64,000 bases of DNA from a virus. Where the stretch lies: the IMG/VR virus record IMGVR_UViG_3300030202_003496, positions 1-64,000 of that record, one strand, 5' to 3'. Positions 29,343 through 39,167 of the stretch are shown in pieces (position 1 is the stretch's first letter; every line of letters starts with the position of its first letter). A program made the translations under genes and the position numbers. The notes under the pieces were generated by a model. That model made no database searches, was not told the DNA's origin, and worked only from the letters and a program-made list of their open reading frames with translations.

Positions 29343-29849
29343 AACGTACTAAGTGGGCGCTAATCATTAAAAATTATTTAAGGAGATTTATTATGACAAG
29401 ACAATTACTAGGTGAGAGACTCCTCTCGACCGATTTATTATTCAAAAACTTTTTCGATACAAACGTAGGATTTGGTTCTTTTATGGAAGCAAAACCTGAT
29501 TATCCGGTAGATGTATTTACTAAAAACGATACACTCTGCTTTGATATCGCTTGTGTCGGACTAGAGAAAAGCGACATTATGGTATCTGTCGAAGGCAACA
29601 CTTTGAAGGTTGCTTATAAGAAACCAAACATAGAATCAAATCCATCAGATGAAGAAGCTCCAGTATTTATGCATAGAGGTATAGCAAGAAGGAGTTTTGA
29701 TATGGGATGGAAAGTAAGTCCGGACTATGATTTAAGACAGCTGGACGCAACAATGAGAAATGGTTTATTACAAATCACGGTTCCAAAATCAGAAAAAGCG
29801 AAAGCTAAGGTTATAACAATAAAATAAAAAAAAGCCCACTTAGTACGTT
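29343..29849. repeat. Perfect 16-bp inverted repeat flanking hsp20
   Basis: aacgtactaagtgggc (29343-29358) and gcccacttagtacgtt (29834-29849). Confidence 0.95.
29393..29827 (+). CDS. Small heat-shock protein (Hsp20/IbpA family)
   Basis: YPVDV, HRGIARRSF, A.M.NGLL.I.VPK. Confidence 0.9.
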   Translation: MTRQLLGERLLSTDLLFKNFFDTNVGFGSFMEAKPDYPVDVFTKNDTLCFDIACVGLEKSDIMVSVEGNTLKVAYKKPNIESNPSDEEAPVFMHRGIARRSFDMGWKVSPDYDLRQLDATMRNGLLQITVPKSEKAKAKVITIK

Positions 29850-29890
29850 TTTTATTTTATTATGTCCGAAAAATTTGTTATATTATATAT

Positions 29891-30937
29891 ATGAAACAAA
29901 ATTATATAGACATTCTAAAAAGTCTTAAAGAGGAAGATACTTTAAGTCAAAATCCTAATGACAGGATTTTATTGATTGACGGATTGAATACTTTTATTAG
30001 AGCATTCGCTGTCAATCCAAGTACTAATGACGATGGTATACATATTGGAGGGATGACGGGTTTTCTGCAATCTATTGGTTATGCAATTAAAAACATCAAA
30101 CCAACTAGGGTAATTATTTGTTTTGATGGAAAAGGTGGTTCTAGTAAAAGGCGAAAACTCTTCCCGGAGTATAAGGCAAACAGAAAAGTTAGAAAGCGGT
30201 TAACCCGTCTAAGCTCCTTCAATAATCAAGAAGATGAACGTATATCTATGAGTCAACAAATAAGTAGACTTGTACAATATCTTGACCAATTACCTGTTAC
30301 TGTTCTTGCACCAGAAAATATAGAAGCTGATGATGCAATGGCTTATATTTCTCAACAAGTATATCCTAAAAGTCAATTCTATATAATGTCAACAGACAAA
30401 GATTTTTTACAATTGGTAGATAATCGAATTCAAGTTTGGTCACCTACAAAAAAGAAATATTATTTCAAAGATACAGTGCAAGAAGATTTTGATATACCTG
30501 CTCATAATTTTTTATTATATAGAACAATGAAAGGTGATTTATCAGATAATATACCAGGTATAAAAGGTGTAGGTGTAAAGACATTGGCAAAAAAATTACC
30601 AATACTGTTTGAGGATAAAAAAATTACAATTGACCAATTGATTGACCATGTAAAAAATTTAGATGATGATTCTAAAATAATTACAAATATAAAAAATAGC
30701 GAGGACATGATTCGCTTAAATTATGATTTAATGCAACTATCAAATGTAGATATAAATGGAAGCGTTAAATCACTTATTATAGACACAGTTAAAAAACCAG
30801 TTAATAGATTGGTTAAATATAAATTTCAAAAAATGATGTTAGAAGACAAATTAAATTCTGCAATTAAAAATCCAGATTTTTGGCTAAAACAATGCTTCTC
30901 ACATTTAGATGTAATGGCGGGTAAAACAAATGAGTGA
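29891..30937 (+). CDS. 5'-3' exonuclease/flap endonuclease (T4 RNase H-like)
   Basis: LIDGLN, FDG, YKANR, EADD, STDKDF.QL, GD.SDNIPG..G.G.KT. Confidence 0.92.
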   Translation: MKQNYIDILKSLKEEDTLSQNPNDRILLIDGLNTFIRAFAVNPSTNDDGIHIGGMTGFLQSIGYAIKNIKPTRVIICFDGKGGSSKRRKLFPEYKANRKVRKRLTRLSSFNNQEDERISMSQQISRLVQYLDQLPVTVLAPENIEADDAMAYISQQVYPKSQFYIMSTDKDFLQLVDNRIQVWSPTKKKYYFKDTVQEDFDIPAHNFLLYRTMKGDLSDNIPGIKGVGVKTLAKKLPILFEDKKITIDQLIDHVKNLDDDSKIITNIKNSEDMIRLNYDLMQLSNVDINGSVKSLIIDTVKKPVNRLVKYKFQKMMLEDKLNSAIKNPDFWLKQCFSHLDVMAGKTNE

Positions 30938-32282
30938 TAGATTAAGTGAGTTCGGTTATTCTTTTCAGATTAAAATTATAACATGTCTGTTAAAGAATAA
31001 AGAATTTTTGCAGCAGATAAACGATATTCTTGAAGATTCGTATTTTGAAAATGAATCAAACCAATTTTTGGTATCTACAATAAAAGATTATTTTAGAGAA
31101 TATAAATCACAACCTACAGCAGAAGTACTAAAAGTAAAGATATCTGAAATAACAGATGATGTATTAAAAAAGAGTGTTGTGTCAAATGTTAAAGATGCCT
31201 TTAGACATCTTGATGCTCCAGATTTAGATTTTGTAATGGAGCAAACTCTTGATTTTTGTAAAAACAAAGTATTGAAAAACGCTATCATGGATTCTGTTGA
31301 ACTTTTAGGCGCAGGTAAATATGACGCAATAAAAACTAAAATAGACAAAGCGATGACAGCAGGAGCAGAAAGAAATGTAGGTCATGAATATGTAGAGTCT
31401 GTAGAAGATAGATACAATCAAGCAACGCGGCATGTACAAAATACAGGTTGGGATGTTATTGATAATCTTATGGATGGCGGTTTAGGAAAAGGAGAGTTAG
31501 GTGTTGTTGTTGCACCAGCTGGTATTGGTAAGTCTTTTCTACTTGTTAATTTAGGTGCAAATGTAATTAAAAAAGGAAAAAATGTTTTACATTATACACT
31601 GGAATTAAATGAAGCCTATGTAGGATTAAGATATGATTCAGTTATAACAGGTATTGCAAATCAAGAATTAAAATATAATATAGATACAGTAAAAGAAACT
31701 GTCGAAAAAATATCAGGTAATCTTGTCATTAAATACTATCCAACAAAAACAGCTGCGATATCTACAATTGCTTCTCATGTTGAAAGATATAGAATACTAG
31801 GTAAAGAACCTGACATGATAATTGTTGACTATGCAGATTTATTACGAGGTTCTGGAGGAGGACATAAAGATTATAGACTTGAGCTAGGTAATATATATGA
31901 AGAGTTAAGAGGTTTAGCTGGACAGTTAGATGTACCTGTTTGGACAGCATCACAAGCAAATAGGTCTGCGCTACAAGAAGATGTAATCCAAGCAGATAAA
32001 ATTGCAGAATCATATTCTAAAATTATGACAGCAGATTTTGTTATGTCTTTAAGTAGAAAGATTGAGGACAAGGTTGGTGGAACAGGTAGAATACATGTTA
32101 TTAAAAACAGGTTCGGTCCTGACGGTATAACATTCCCTAGCCAAATAAATACAAATAACGGAAGCTTTGAAATTTTTGATGAGAAGTCTGTAAAAGGTGC
32201 AGAGCTAAAAGGACAGATGGCAAATCATCAAGAATATTTAAGAAAAGAAATGAAGAAAAGATTTGAAGAATTAGATGACTAG
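30930..32282 (+). CDS. Replicative DnaB-like helicase (gp41-like)
   Basis: APAGIGKS, TLEL, VDYADL, WTASQ.NR, KNRFG. Confidence 0.92.
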   Translation: MSDRLSEFGYSFQIKIITCLLKNKEFLQQINDILEDSYFENESNQFLVSTIKDYFREYKSQPTAEVLKVKISEITDDVLKKSVVSNVKDAFRHLDAPDLDFVMEQTLDFCKNKVLKNAIMDSVELLGAGKYDAIKTKIDKAMTAGAERNVGHEYVESVEDRYNQATRHVQNTGWDVIDNLMDGGLGKGELGVVVAPAGIGKSFLLVNLGANVIKKGKNVLHYTLELNEAYVGLRYDSVITGIANQELKYNIDTVKETVEKISGNLVIKYYPTKTAAISTIASHVERYRILGKEPDMIIVDYADLLRGSGGGHKDYRLELGNIYEELRGLAGQLDVPVWTASQANRSALQEDVIQADKIAESYSKIMTADFVMSLSRKIEDKVGGTGRIHVIKNRFGPDGITFPSQINTNNGSFEIFDEKSVKGAELKGQMANHQEYLRKEMKKRFEELDD

Positions 32283-32298
32283 GATATTTATACTAGTA

Positions 32299-32328
32299 GC
32301 CAGCCTAATTCAGGTTGGCAATTTTTTT
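32299..32328 (+). terminator. Intrinsic terminator-like hairpin after helicase
   Basis: gccagcct / aggttggc stem plus T7. Confidence 0.6.
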
Positions 32329-32359
32329 CAAAAATAAAACGAAATAAAGGAAGAGCAAA

Positions 32360-34219
32360 ATGGAGATATCAAATCAAATATTATCAGAAATCACTGTTTA
32401 TATGAAGTACGCAAAATTCGTACCAGAATTGAATAGACGAGAGAGTTGGGAAGAGTTAGTGACAAGAAATAAAGAAATGCACCAAAAGAAATTTCCTATG
32501 TTGAAAGACGAAATAGAGGAAAAATATAAATTGGTATATGATAAAAAGGTATTACCTTCAATGCGTAGTTTACAATTTGGCGGTAAGCCGATTGAAATAT
32601 CTCCAAATAGAATTTATAATTGCGCTTATCTTCCTATTGATTCAGTCGATGCTTTTAGCGAAACAATGTTTTTATTACTAGGTGGTACTGGTGTAGGTTA
32701 TTCTGTACAAAGGCACCACGTAAATAAATTGCCAATGATTCAAAAACCATATCCAAAAAGAAAGCGTAGATTTTTAATTGGAGATAGTATAGAAGGTTGG
32801 GCTGATGCAATTAAAGTTCTTATGAAATCTTATATGAATGGTGGTGGAAGCAGAATCGAATTTGATTATTCAGATGTTAGGCCTAAAGGTGCTATGTTAG
32901 TAACGTCAGGTGGTAAAGCTCCAGGACCTCAACCATTAAAAGAATGTATATTAAAGGTTAAAGGTATATTGGACACCAAAGAAACTGGTGATAGACTAAC
33001 GACATTAGAAGCTCATGATATTGTTTGCCATATTGCAGATGCAGTTCTTGCTGGTGGTATTAGACGTGCAGCACTTATTAGTTTATTCAATGCTGATGAC
33101 GATGAGATGATTGCTTGTAAATCAGGTAACTGGTGGGAAACAAACCCACAACGTGGACGTGCTAATAATTCAGCTTGTTTAATGCGTCATAAAATTACTA
33201 AAGACTTTTTTATGGATTTATGGAAAAGAGTAGAATTGTCTGGTGCAGGTGAACCTGGTATATATCTAAACAATGATAAAGATTGGGGAACAAACCCTTG
33301 CTGCGAAATAGCTTTAAGACCAAATCAGTTCTGTAATCTTTGTGAAGTAAATGTAAGTAATATAGAAGACCAAAATGACTTAAATGAAAGGGTAAAGGCA
33401 GCTGCATTTATTGGTACACTACAGGCTGGATATACAGACTTCCATTATCTTAGAGATGTATGGAAAGAGACTACAGAAAAAGATGCATTGATTGGTGTTT
33501 CAATGACAGGTATAGGTTCAGGTGTGGTACTTGGATATGATATGAAAAAAGCTGCTAGTTTAGTTAAAAGAGAAAATACTCGAGTTGCTAAAATTATAGG
33601 AATCAATAAATCTGCAAGGACAACAACTGTAAAACCTGCAGGTACTACAAGTTTAGTTTTAGGTACAAGTTCAGGTATTCACGCGTGGCATAATGATTAT
33701 TATATTAGACGTATACGAGTTGGTAAAAACGAGTCAATATATAATTACCTAAAAATAAACCATCCAGATTTAGTTGAAGATGAATACTTCAGACCTCATG
33801 ATACAGCAGTTATTCAAGTACCTCAAAAGGCGCCTGAAGGTTCTATTTTAAGAACAGAATCTCCTTTTAATACATTGGAAAGAGTCAAAAAGGTTGCAAC
33901 TGAATGGGTAACTCCAGGTCACAGAGCAGGTTCTAATACTCACAATGTCTCTGCTACAATATCATTAAAGCAAGATGAGTGGGAATTGGCTGGTGAATGG
34001 ATGTGGACTAACAGAAATCATTATAATGGCTTGTCCGTATTACCTTATGATGGTGGTACATATACACAAGCACCATTTGAAGATATTACAAAAGAAAAAT
34101 ATGAAGAAATGATGAAGTCACTTGCTGAAGTTGACTTGTCCAATGTTGTTGAAATAGAAGACAACACAAATTTATCAGGTGAATTGGCTTGCGCAGGAGG
34201 CTCTTGTGAAATACAATAA
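32360..34219 (+). CDS. nrdJ: Class II (adenosylcobalamin) ribonucleotide reductase
   Basis: YNC, GGIRRAA, NPCCE, KPAGT, C-terminal CAGGSCE; no beta subunit gene nearby. Confidence 0.88.
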   Translation: MEISNQILSEITVYMKYAKFVPELNRRESWEELVTRNKEMHQKKFPMLKDEIEEKYKLVYDKKVLPSMRSLQFGGKPIEISPNRIYNCAYLPIDSVDAFSETMFLLLGGTGVGYSVQRHHVNKLPMIQKPYPKRKRRFLIGDSIEGWADAIKVLMKSYMNGGGSRIEFDYSDVRPKGAMLVTSGGKAPGPQPLKECILKVKGILDTKETGDRLTTLEAHDIVCHIADAVLAGGIRRAALISLFNADDDEMIACKSGNWWETNPQRGRANNSACLMRHKITKDFFMDLWKRVELSGAGEPGIYLNNDKDWGTNPCCEIALRPNQFCNLCEVNVSNIEDQNDLNERVKAAAFIGTLQAGYTDFHYLRDVWKETTEKDALIGVSMTGIGSGVVLGYDMKKAASLVKRENTRVAKIIGINKSARTTTVKPAGTTSLVLGTSSGIHAWHNDYYIRRIRVGKNESIYNYLKINHPDLVEDEYFRPHDTAVIQVPQKAPEGSILRTESPFNTLERVKKVATEWVTPGHRAGSNTHNVSATISLKQDEWELAGEWMWTNRNHYNGLSVLPYDGGTYTQAPFEDITKEKYEEMMKSLAEVDLSNVVEIEDNTNLSGELACAGGSCEIQ

Positions 34220-34349
34220 CTGGATAGAGGAGTTATACTACAAAGAATTTTTGGTAAACAAAAATAACAAGGAGTACTCCGATGGACGTATCCAAATTAA
34301 ACGAAAAAATTCAAAAGCTAAAGAAGGAAATAAAGGAAATTCAAAATAG
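34206..34349 (+). CDS. Possible 47-aa ORF (MKYNNWIEELYYKEF...)
   Basis: GTG start preceded by GGAGG within the end of nrdJ; overlaps the next ORF. Confidence 0.3.
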   Translation: MKYNNWIEELYYKEFLVNKNNKEYSDGRIQIKRKNSKAKEGNKGNSK

Positions 34350-34473
34350 CTGTATACATAAAGAACAAGAAATAAAATTTACAAAAGGTTATGTTATGAG
34401 ATGGGTTTGTAAAAAATGTAATTTACCTACAAGATGGCCGTCTGATAAAGAAATGAAAAATTGGTTGAAATAA
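34282..34473 (+). CDS. Small hypothetical protein (CxH...CxxC)
   Basis: SD aaggag; possible Zn ligands. Confidence 0.6.
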   Translation: MDVSKLNEKIQKLKKEIKEIQNSCIHKEQEIKFTKGYVMRWVCKKCNLPTRWPSDKEMKNWLK

Positions 34474-34528
34474 ATTTTTATATGTCAAAAAAATTTGTTA
34501 TATTAGTACTAAATAAAGAGGTTACAAA

Positions 34529-35470
34529 ATGAAAGCAGAAAATTATATTTTAGGTGCAGGACCTGCAGGTCTTATTGCAGCGTATTACTTTGATGATTTT
34601 AAGGTAATAGACAAAAAGCCTTTGGGCCAATTAAATCTACCTTTTATACCAGGACCAAGATTATTACAAGCAACAGAAAATATGAAAGAGTTTGTAAAAT
34701 CTATATGTCCGGACTTAGAATTAAAGGAAGAGATTGCAATAATAGGTTTTCATGAAGACGGAAATGTTACTGACACTCCTTCTAAAAACTTCAAAGCAAA
34801 TTATGCAATGAAAACTAGAGGTAAAAATAAATCTGAATCAAGTTTTATGTCAGAAGGTATGACAGAAATCAAGCATATAGAAATTGCAGACTATGGAGAA
34901 GATAGCTACAAATTTTTATTTGAAAGTTTATTAAAAATAATTAAAGACCGAGGTCAGTTAATAGAAACAAGCGTAGAAAATATCGATGTATTTGGAAGAA
35001 AAATGCATCTTGAAAACGGAGATGTGTTGGAGTATTGGAACTTGATATCTACACTTAATGTTAACCTGTTAAAAAAACTATGTCCTAATATGAAAGACAT
35101 GCCTCATGACCTGTCAACGTCACCTAAATGTTTTTACAAAACAGAATATAACGAAGATTTAGATTCTATGATGTCGACAAAAAAACATCCTTCTCTTTGG
35201 TTTGACTATGTATATTCTATAGGCACTGATTGGACACGTCAAACATTTTTTAGAGATTATATTGTATATGAATCAGTAAATCCTATAGAAGGTACTCATA
35301 TTCAAGGCAATAAAATACTTATGAAGTTTGAAAATCTTCCCATACAAATAAAAGAAAGTTTAAGATTTGAAACAATAGATGGAATCAAAATGCTAGGAAG
35401 ATTTGCAGAATGGGACCATCAAGTAAAAGCAAATGAAGTTTTAGATAAAGTGAAGTCATGGATAAATTAA
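34529..35470 (+). CDS. FAD-dependent protein, UDP-galactopyranose-mutase/oxidoreductase-like
   Basis: N-terminal GAGPAG dinucleotide motif; C-terminal GRFAEW. Confidence 0.6.
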   Translation: MKAENYILGAGPAGLIAAYYFDDFKVIDKKPLGQLNLPFIPGPRLLQATENMKEFVKSICPDLELKEEIAIIGFHEDGNVTDTPSKNFKANYAMKTRGKNKSESSFMSEGMTEIKHIEIADYGEDSYKFLFESLLKIIKDRGQLIETSVENIDVFGRKMHLENGDVLEYWNLISTLNVNLLKKLCPNMKDMPHDLSTSPKCFYKTEYNEDLDSMMSTKKHPSLWFDYVYSIGTDWTRQTFFRDYIVYESVNPIEGTHIQGNKILMKFENLPIQIKESLRFETIDGIKMLGRFAEWDHQVKANEVLDKVKSWIN

Positions 35471-36417
35471 AAGAAATATTTGAAATACAAAAACAGTTTA
35501 CCGAAAAGTTTTTCGAAAAACAAGGTTTAACCGTAAATGAAGTCCTTAATAACAAGGAGCTTAAAGTAAAGTGGAACAAAGAGTACGTTCTGGCGCTGTC
35601 TAAAGAGGTGTATGAAGTATTAGATGAGATTGATTGGAAAATGCATACATCTAAAAATACTGAAGATATAAACGACAATGTATTAGAAGAATGCGTTGAT
35701 GTATTAAAATATCTATTTGGAATTGTACAGCTTAATGGATTTGACGTAAATGATTTATATGAAAAATTTGTAGATAAATCAAAAGTTGTAGAAGCTAAAT
35801 TTAATCAGGAAGAAGTAATGGCTAAAATTAAAGCTTCAGATAAGAAAATAGCTTTTATAGATATCGATGGTGTTCTTGCAGACTGGCCAGGTGGATTTTT
35901 GAAATGGGCAGGATATGATTCTCTTGCTCAATTCAAAAGTCAGGTTGATAAAAAGGAACAATACAGAATAAAATCTGAATATAGAACATGTGGCATAAAA
36001 GGCAAGCTTGATGTATTACACGGCGCAAGGACTTTTATGCAAGAGACTTGTAAAAATTATAATGTTGTATTACTTACAGCAAGGCCATATAAAAAATACT
36101 TTAGAATATATTCTGACACTCTAAGATGGTTAAAGGAAAATGACATTTGCTATGATGCAATTGTATTTGATGAAGAAAAAGAAAAATATATTATCAATAA
36201 TTTTGAACCTGAACAAGTTGCATTTTGTTTAGATGATGATATTGGTAATGCAAATAAATTACACGATAGTGGATTTAAGGTTTTCTTAAAAAAGAATCTA
36301 GGTTTATATACACATGAAATCTTGAATAAAAAATTAAATGAAGGCATACAAATAATTAACGGAAATATATTGGAGATAGTTTACAATGCAGATACGAATA
36401 AAGAAATTACACGATAA
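35458..36417 (+). CDS. All-alpha NTP pyrophosphatase (dimeric dUTPase/MazG-like) fused to a HAD phosphatase
   Basis: E..E.LDE..WK and EE.VD..KY; DIDGVLAD, TAR and DD HAD motifs. Confidence 0.75.
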   Translation: MDKLKEIFEIQKQFTEKFFEKQGLTVNEVLNNKELKVKWNKEYVLALSKEVYEVLDEIDWKMHTSKNTEDINDNVLEECVDVLKYLFGIVQLNGFDVNDLYEKFVDKSKVVEAKFNQEEVMAKIKASDKKIAFIDIDGVLADWPGGFLKWAGYDSLAQFKSQVDKKEQYRIKSEYRTCGIKGKLDVLHGARTFMQETCKNYNVVLLTARPYKKYFRIYSDTLRWLKENDICYDAIVFDEEKEKYIINNFEPEQVAFCLDDDIGNANKLHDSGFKVFLKKNLGLYTHEILNKKLNEGIQIINGNILEIVYNADTNKEITR

Positions 36418-36808
36418 AGCAGTAATACCATCATACGCTAAACAAGGCGATGCAGGTATGGATTTAACATGTGTAGGTTGGAAAACAACAGAAACTTATG
36501 TAGAATATGATACAGGATTGGCTATGGAAATACCTGAAGGTCATGTCGGATTTTTATTTCCGAGAAGCTCTGTATCTAAAACAAATTTGATGCTTGCAAA
36601 TTGTGTAGGCGTTGTTGACTCTGGATATAGAGGTCCAGTAAAACTTAGATTTAAGGAATTAAATGGTCCTATTGGTGGAAGATATAAAGAAGGTGATAGG
36701 GTAGGTCAGCTTATTATAATGCCTGTACCTAACTTTAATTGTGTAGAGGTAGAAGAATTAACAGAAACAAGTAGAGGAGAGGGAGGCTTTGGCTCAACAG
36801 GAAATTAA
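36386..36808 (+). CDS. dut: Trimeric dUTPase
   Basis: AGMDL, PRSS, GVVDSGYRG, RVGQL, RGEGGFGSTG. Confidence 0.95.
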   Translation: MQIRIKKLHDKAVIPSYAKQGDAGMDLTCVGWKTTETYVEYDTGLAMEIPEGHVGFLFPRSSVSKTNLMLANCVGVVDSGYRGPVKLRFKELNGPIGGRYKEGDRVGQLIIMPVPNFNCVEVEELTETSRGEGGFGSTGN

Positions 36809-37181
36809 AATATCGTTTACAAATATAGTAAAATTAACACTTTGTTTTTATGAGAACCCTGCTGCAAAGCAAGAAATAACATTTTGGGAAGGTCTTGTAA
36901 AAGATAAAATAAAAACAAAATCTAAAGTCAATGATATATGGAGCTACCATCTTAATGACGAAGAGGGTGATGAAGTTGTCGTGTGTATTCCAATAGAATT
37001 GACAGAAGAATTTAGAGATATATCTAATGTATCTAGACTTGCTGACAGTGAATTTGACAGGCACCAAGTTACCGGCAAGTTAAAATATGAAAAGACACTA
37101 ATATTTGGTAGAGTAGAATCTGCACAACTACAATTTATTACAGTAATGATGAACCTAATGAGTAAAGGAAAATGGCGCTAG
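36789..37181 (+). CDS. Hypothetical protein
   Basis: ORF overlapping both neighbours; start uncertain. Confidence 0.5.
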   Translation: MAQQEIKISFTNIVKLTLCFYENPAAKQEITFWEGLVKDKIKTKSKVNDIWSYHLNDEEGDEVVVCIPIELTEEFRDISNVSRLADSEFDRHQVTGKLKYEKTLIFGRVESAQLQFITVMMNLMSKGKWR

Positions 37182-37600
37182 TAAGAATATTACATATTGA
37201 TGGTCCGGATAAGACAGGAAAAGATTCTATAAGAAGGCAAGTTGTTAAAAATGGAAAAGGTAATACATTGGTTTATATTAGGTCTTTTTTATCACAAATA
37301 GTATATTCAAGGTTATACAACAGAAAAATAAATGAAAAAGTATTTTTTATGTCATGGGCAGAGGCAATTGTTCGAGGTGAAGAATTTTATTTTATAGACT
37401 GTTCTTATGAATTGGTAAAAGAAAGATTTATAAAACACGATGAAAAAGATTTGGACATCAAAGATTGGAAAGAACATAGACGAGTTTTTTATGATGTACT
37501 TAAAGAAGCTGAAGAACAATATGATATAGAAGTGATTAGAGTAGATACTACAAAAGACACAATAAAACAATCAGCAAATAAAATACAAAGGGAATTATGA
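37172..37600 (+). CDS. Nucleoside monophosphate (thymidylate-kinase-like) kinase
   Basis: IDGPDKTGKDS P-loop; R...S..VY...Y.R. Confidence 0.75.
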   Translation: MALVRILHIDGPDKTGKDSIRRQVVKNGKGNTLVYIRSFLSQIVYSRLYNRKINEKVFFMSWAEAIVRGEEFYFIDCSYELVKERFIKHDEKDLDIKDWKEHRRVFYDVLKEAEEQYDIEVIRVDTTKDTIKQSANKIQREL

Positions 37601-38661
37601 GAAAATTATTTATCACAGGCGAAAGTGGTATGCTAGCCACTTCAATAATAAAGGCATTAGAACAATCAGGCCAAGATAGATTTGAGGTTATGGATAACTC
37701 AGACATTGCAGAATATACAAATGAATTTAGTTATCTTAATGGAAAACTTGTAAAGGCTAAGGAGGTAGATGTTACAGACAGAAAAGCTCTAAATAAAGTA
37801 CAAGACAAATTAACAAAAGATGATATTATTATACATACCGCTGCGTATGTAAATACAGATAAATGTGATGACTTTTCTTACGAGGCAGTTAACTCAAATA
37901 TTATTAGTACACAATACTTAATTGATGTAGCAAATGCAGTTGGATGTAAGATGATTTATTTTTCTACAACAGCTGTATTTGACCCTGATGAATATATGAA
38001 AGATAATGGTGTATTTGATGAAACTGCTTCAATAGACCCTAAAACACTTTATGGTCTTTCTAAATATTCTGGAGAACTAGCTACAAAGCAATCTATAGAT
38101 TTTGAAAAAATGATGGTAATCAAACCTGTATTTATTTACGGCGATGCGCCATTTGATAATTCTTCTATGATTAGAAAAATTACAGAAAAGGTATATTGTG
38201 ATATGAATAACATACCTTATACTCTTTCACCTCTCAATGAAGATGGAAAGCTTGATGTATTATTGAATCCTGGTATTGAAAAAGACTATATGAGATATGA
38301 ATATTTTGCAGATATGTTTTTAGAATTACTTCTTATGGATAATGGTTGGGGTTATGATTTTATTATAAGTAAAGATGCACCTATACCATTTGCAGAATAT
38401 CTATATCTTATAGAAGAAGTTACAGGATGCGATGACTTATCAAACCATATAAATTTAATACCTGAAGGTGATTATCTTGAAAGACACAATGGAATATCAA
38501 AGAATTTTTATAAATTATTCCAGCATTATCAATTACCTGTATCGGCGTATAATAATAAAGAAGGTATAGAAAAAACATATAAATCAATAGTTGAGCATTA
38601 TGAAGAAAATAGTAAAGAAAATAACGAGCCTGTTAGAAAAACAAGACTCTTCCACATATAG
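37597..38661 (+). CDS. NAD-dependent NDP-sugar epimerase/reductase (extended SDR, RmlD-like)
   Basis: ITGESGMLA, HTAA, FST..V, YGLSK. Confidence 0.85.
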   Translation: MRKLFITGESGMLATSIIKALEQSGQDRFEVMDNSDIAEYTNEFSYLNGKLVKAKEVDVTDRKALNKVQDKLTKDDIIIHTAAYVNTDKCDDFSYEAVNSNIISTQYLIDVANAVGCKMIYFSTTAVFDPDEYMKDNGVFDETASIDPKTLYGLSKYSGELATKQSIDFEKMMVIKPVFIYGDAPFDNSSMIRKITEKVYCDMNNIPYTLSPLNEDGKLDVLLNPGIEKDYMRYEYFADMFLELLLMDNGWGYDFIISKDAPIPFAEYLYLIEEVTGCDDLSNHINLIPEGDYLERHNGISKNFYKLFQHYQLPVSAYNNKEGIEKTYKSIVEHYEENSKENNEPVRKTRLFHI

Positions 38662-39106
38662 GGAAATATATAATTTCAACTATGATATTGATGTTATACC
38701 TGAATATATGAACACACCAATACCTCCAGCACTTGAGGCAGATGAAACCGAAAGACAGGAGCTTATTGAAGGTATGGTTAAGCTGTGTGTTGAAAAAGGT
38801 ATTGAATCTAGGCAATGTGTACTTCATAAAAAATACCAAAATGACGATACACTTGCAGCATGTCTTTCTACAATACAGGCAATATCTAGAAACAATAAAA
38901 TAGATTTACATATATTTGTAAGAAGTCAAAATTTCGATAAGAATTTTTCTTATGACAATCAAACATATATGATGATTATGTGTGCATTACTAATGCAATT
39001 TCCTGAAAATGATTTTGGTAAAATATATGTTCATATCACATCACTACATAGATTTATGGAAAATGGCGAAAAACCTTTAACATATCTTGTTAATAACTTT
39101 TGCTAA
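38591..39106 (+). CDS. Minimal thymidylate-synthase-fold protein, dCMP-modifying type
   Basis: SRQ, catalytic-like Cys in ACLS.IQ, RSQN.......D, SLH; Asp at the position of E. coli ThyA Asn177. Confidence 0.65.
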   Translation: MSIMKKIVKKITSLLEKQDSSTYREIYNFNYDIDVIPEYMNTPIPPALEADETERQELIEGMVKLCVEKGIESRQCVLHKKYQNDDTLAACLSTIQAISRNNKIDLHIFVRSQNFDKNFSYDNQTYMMIMCALLMQFPENDFGKIYVHITSLHRFMENGEKPLTYLVNNFC

Positions 39107-39167
39107 AAATCCTTTCATATGTCGGAAAAATTGCCTATATTATAGTATATAATAAAAAAGATAAAAT

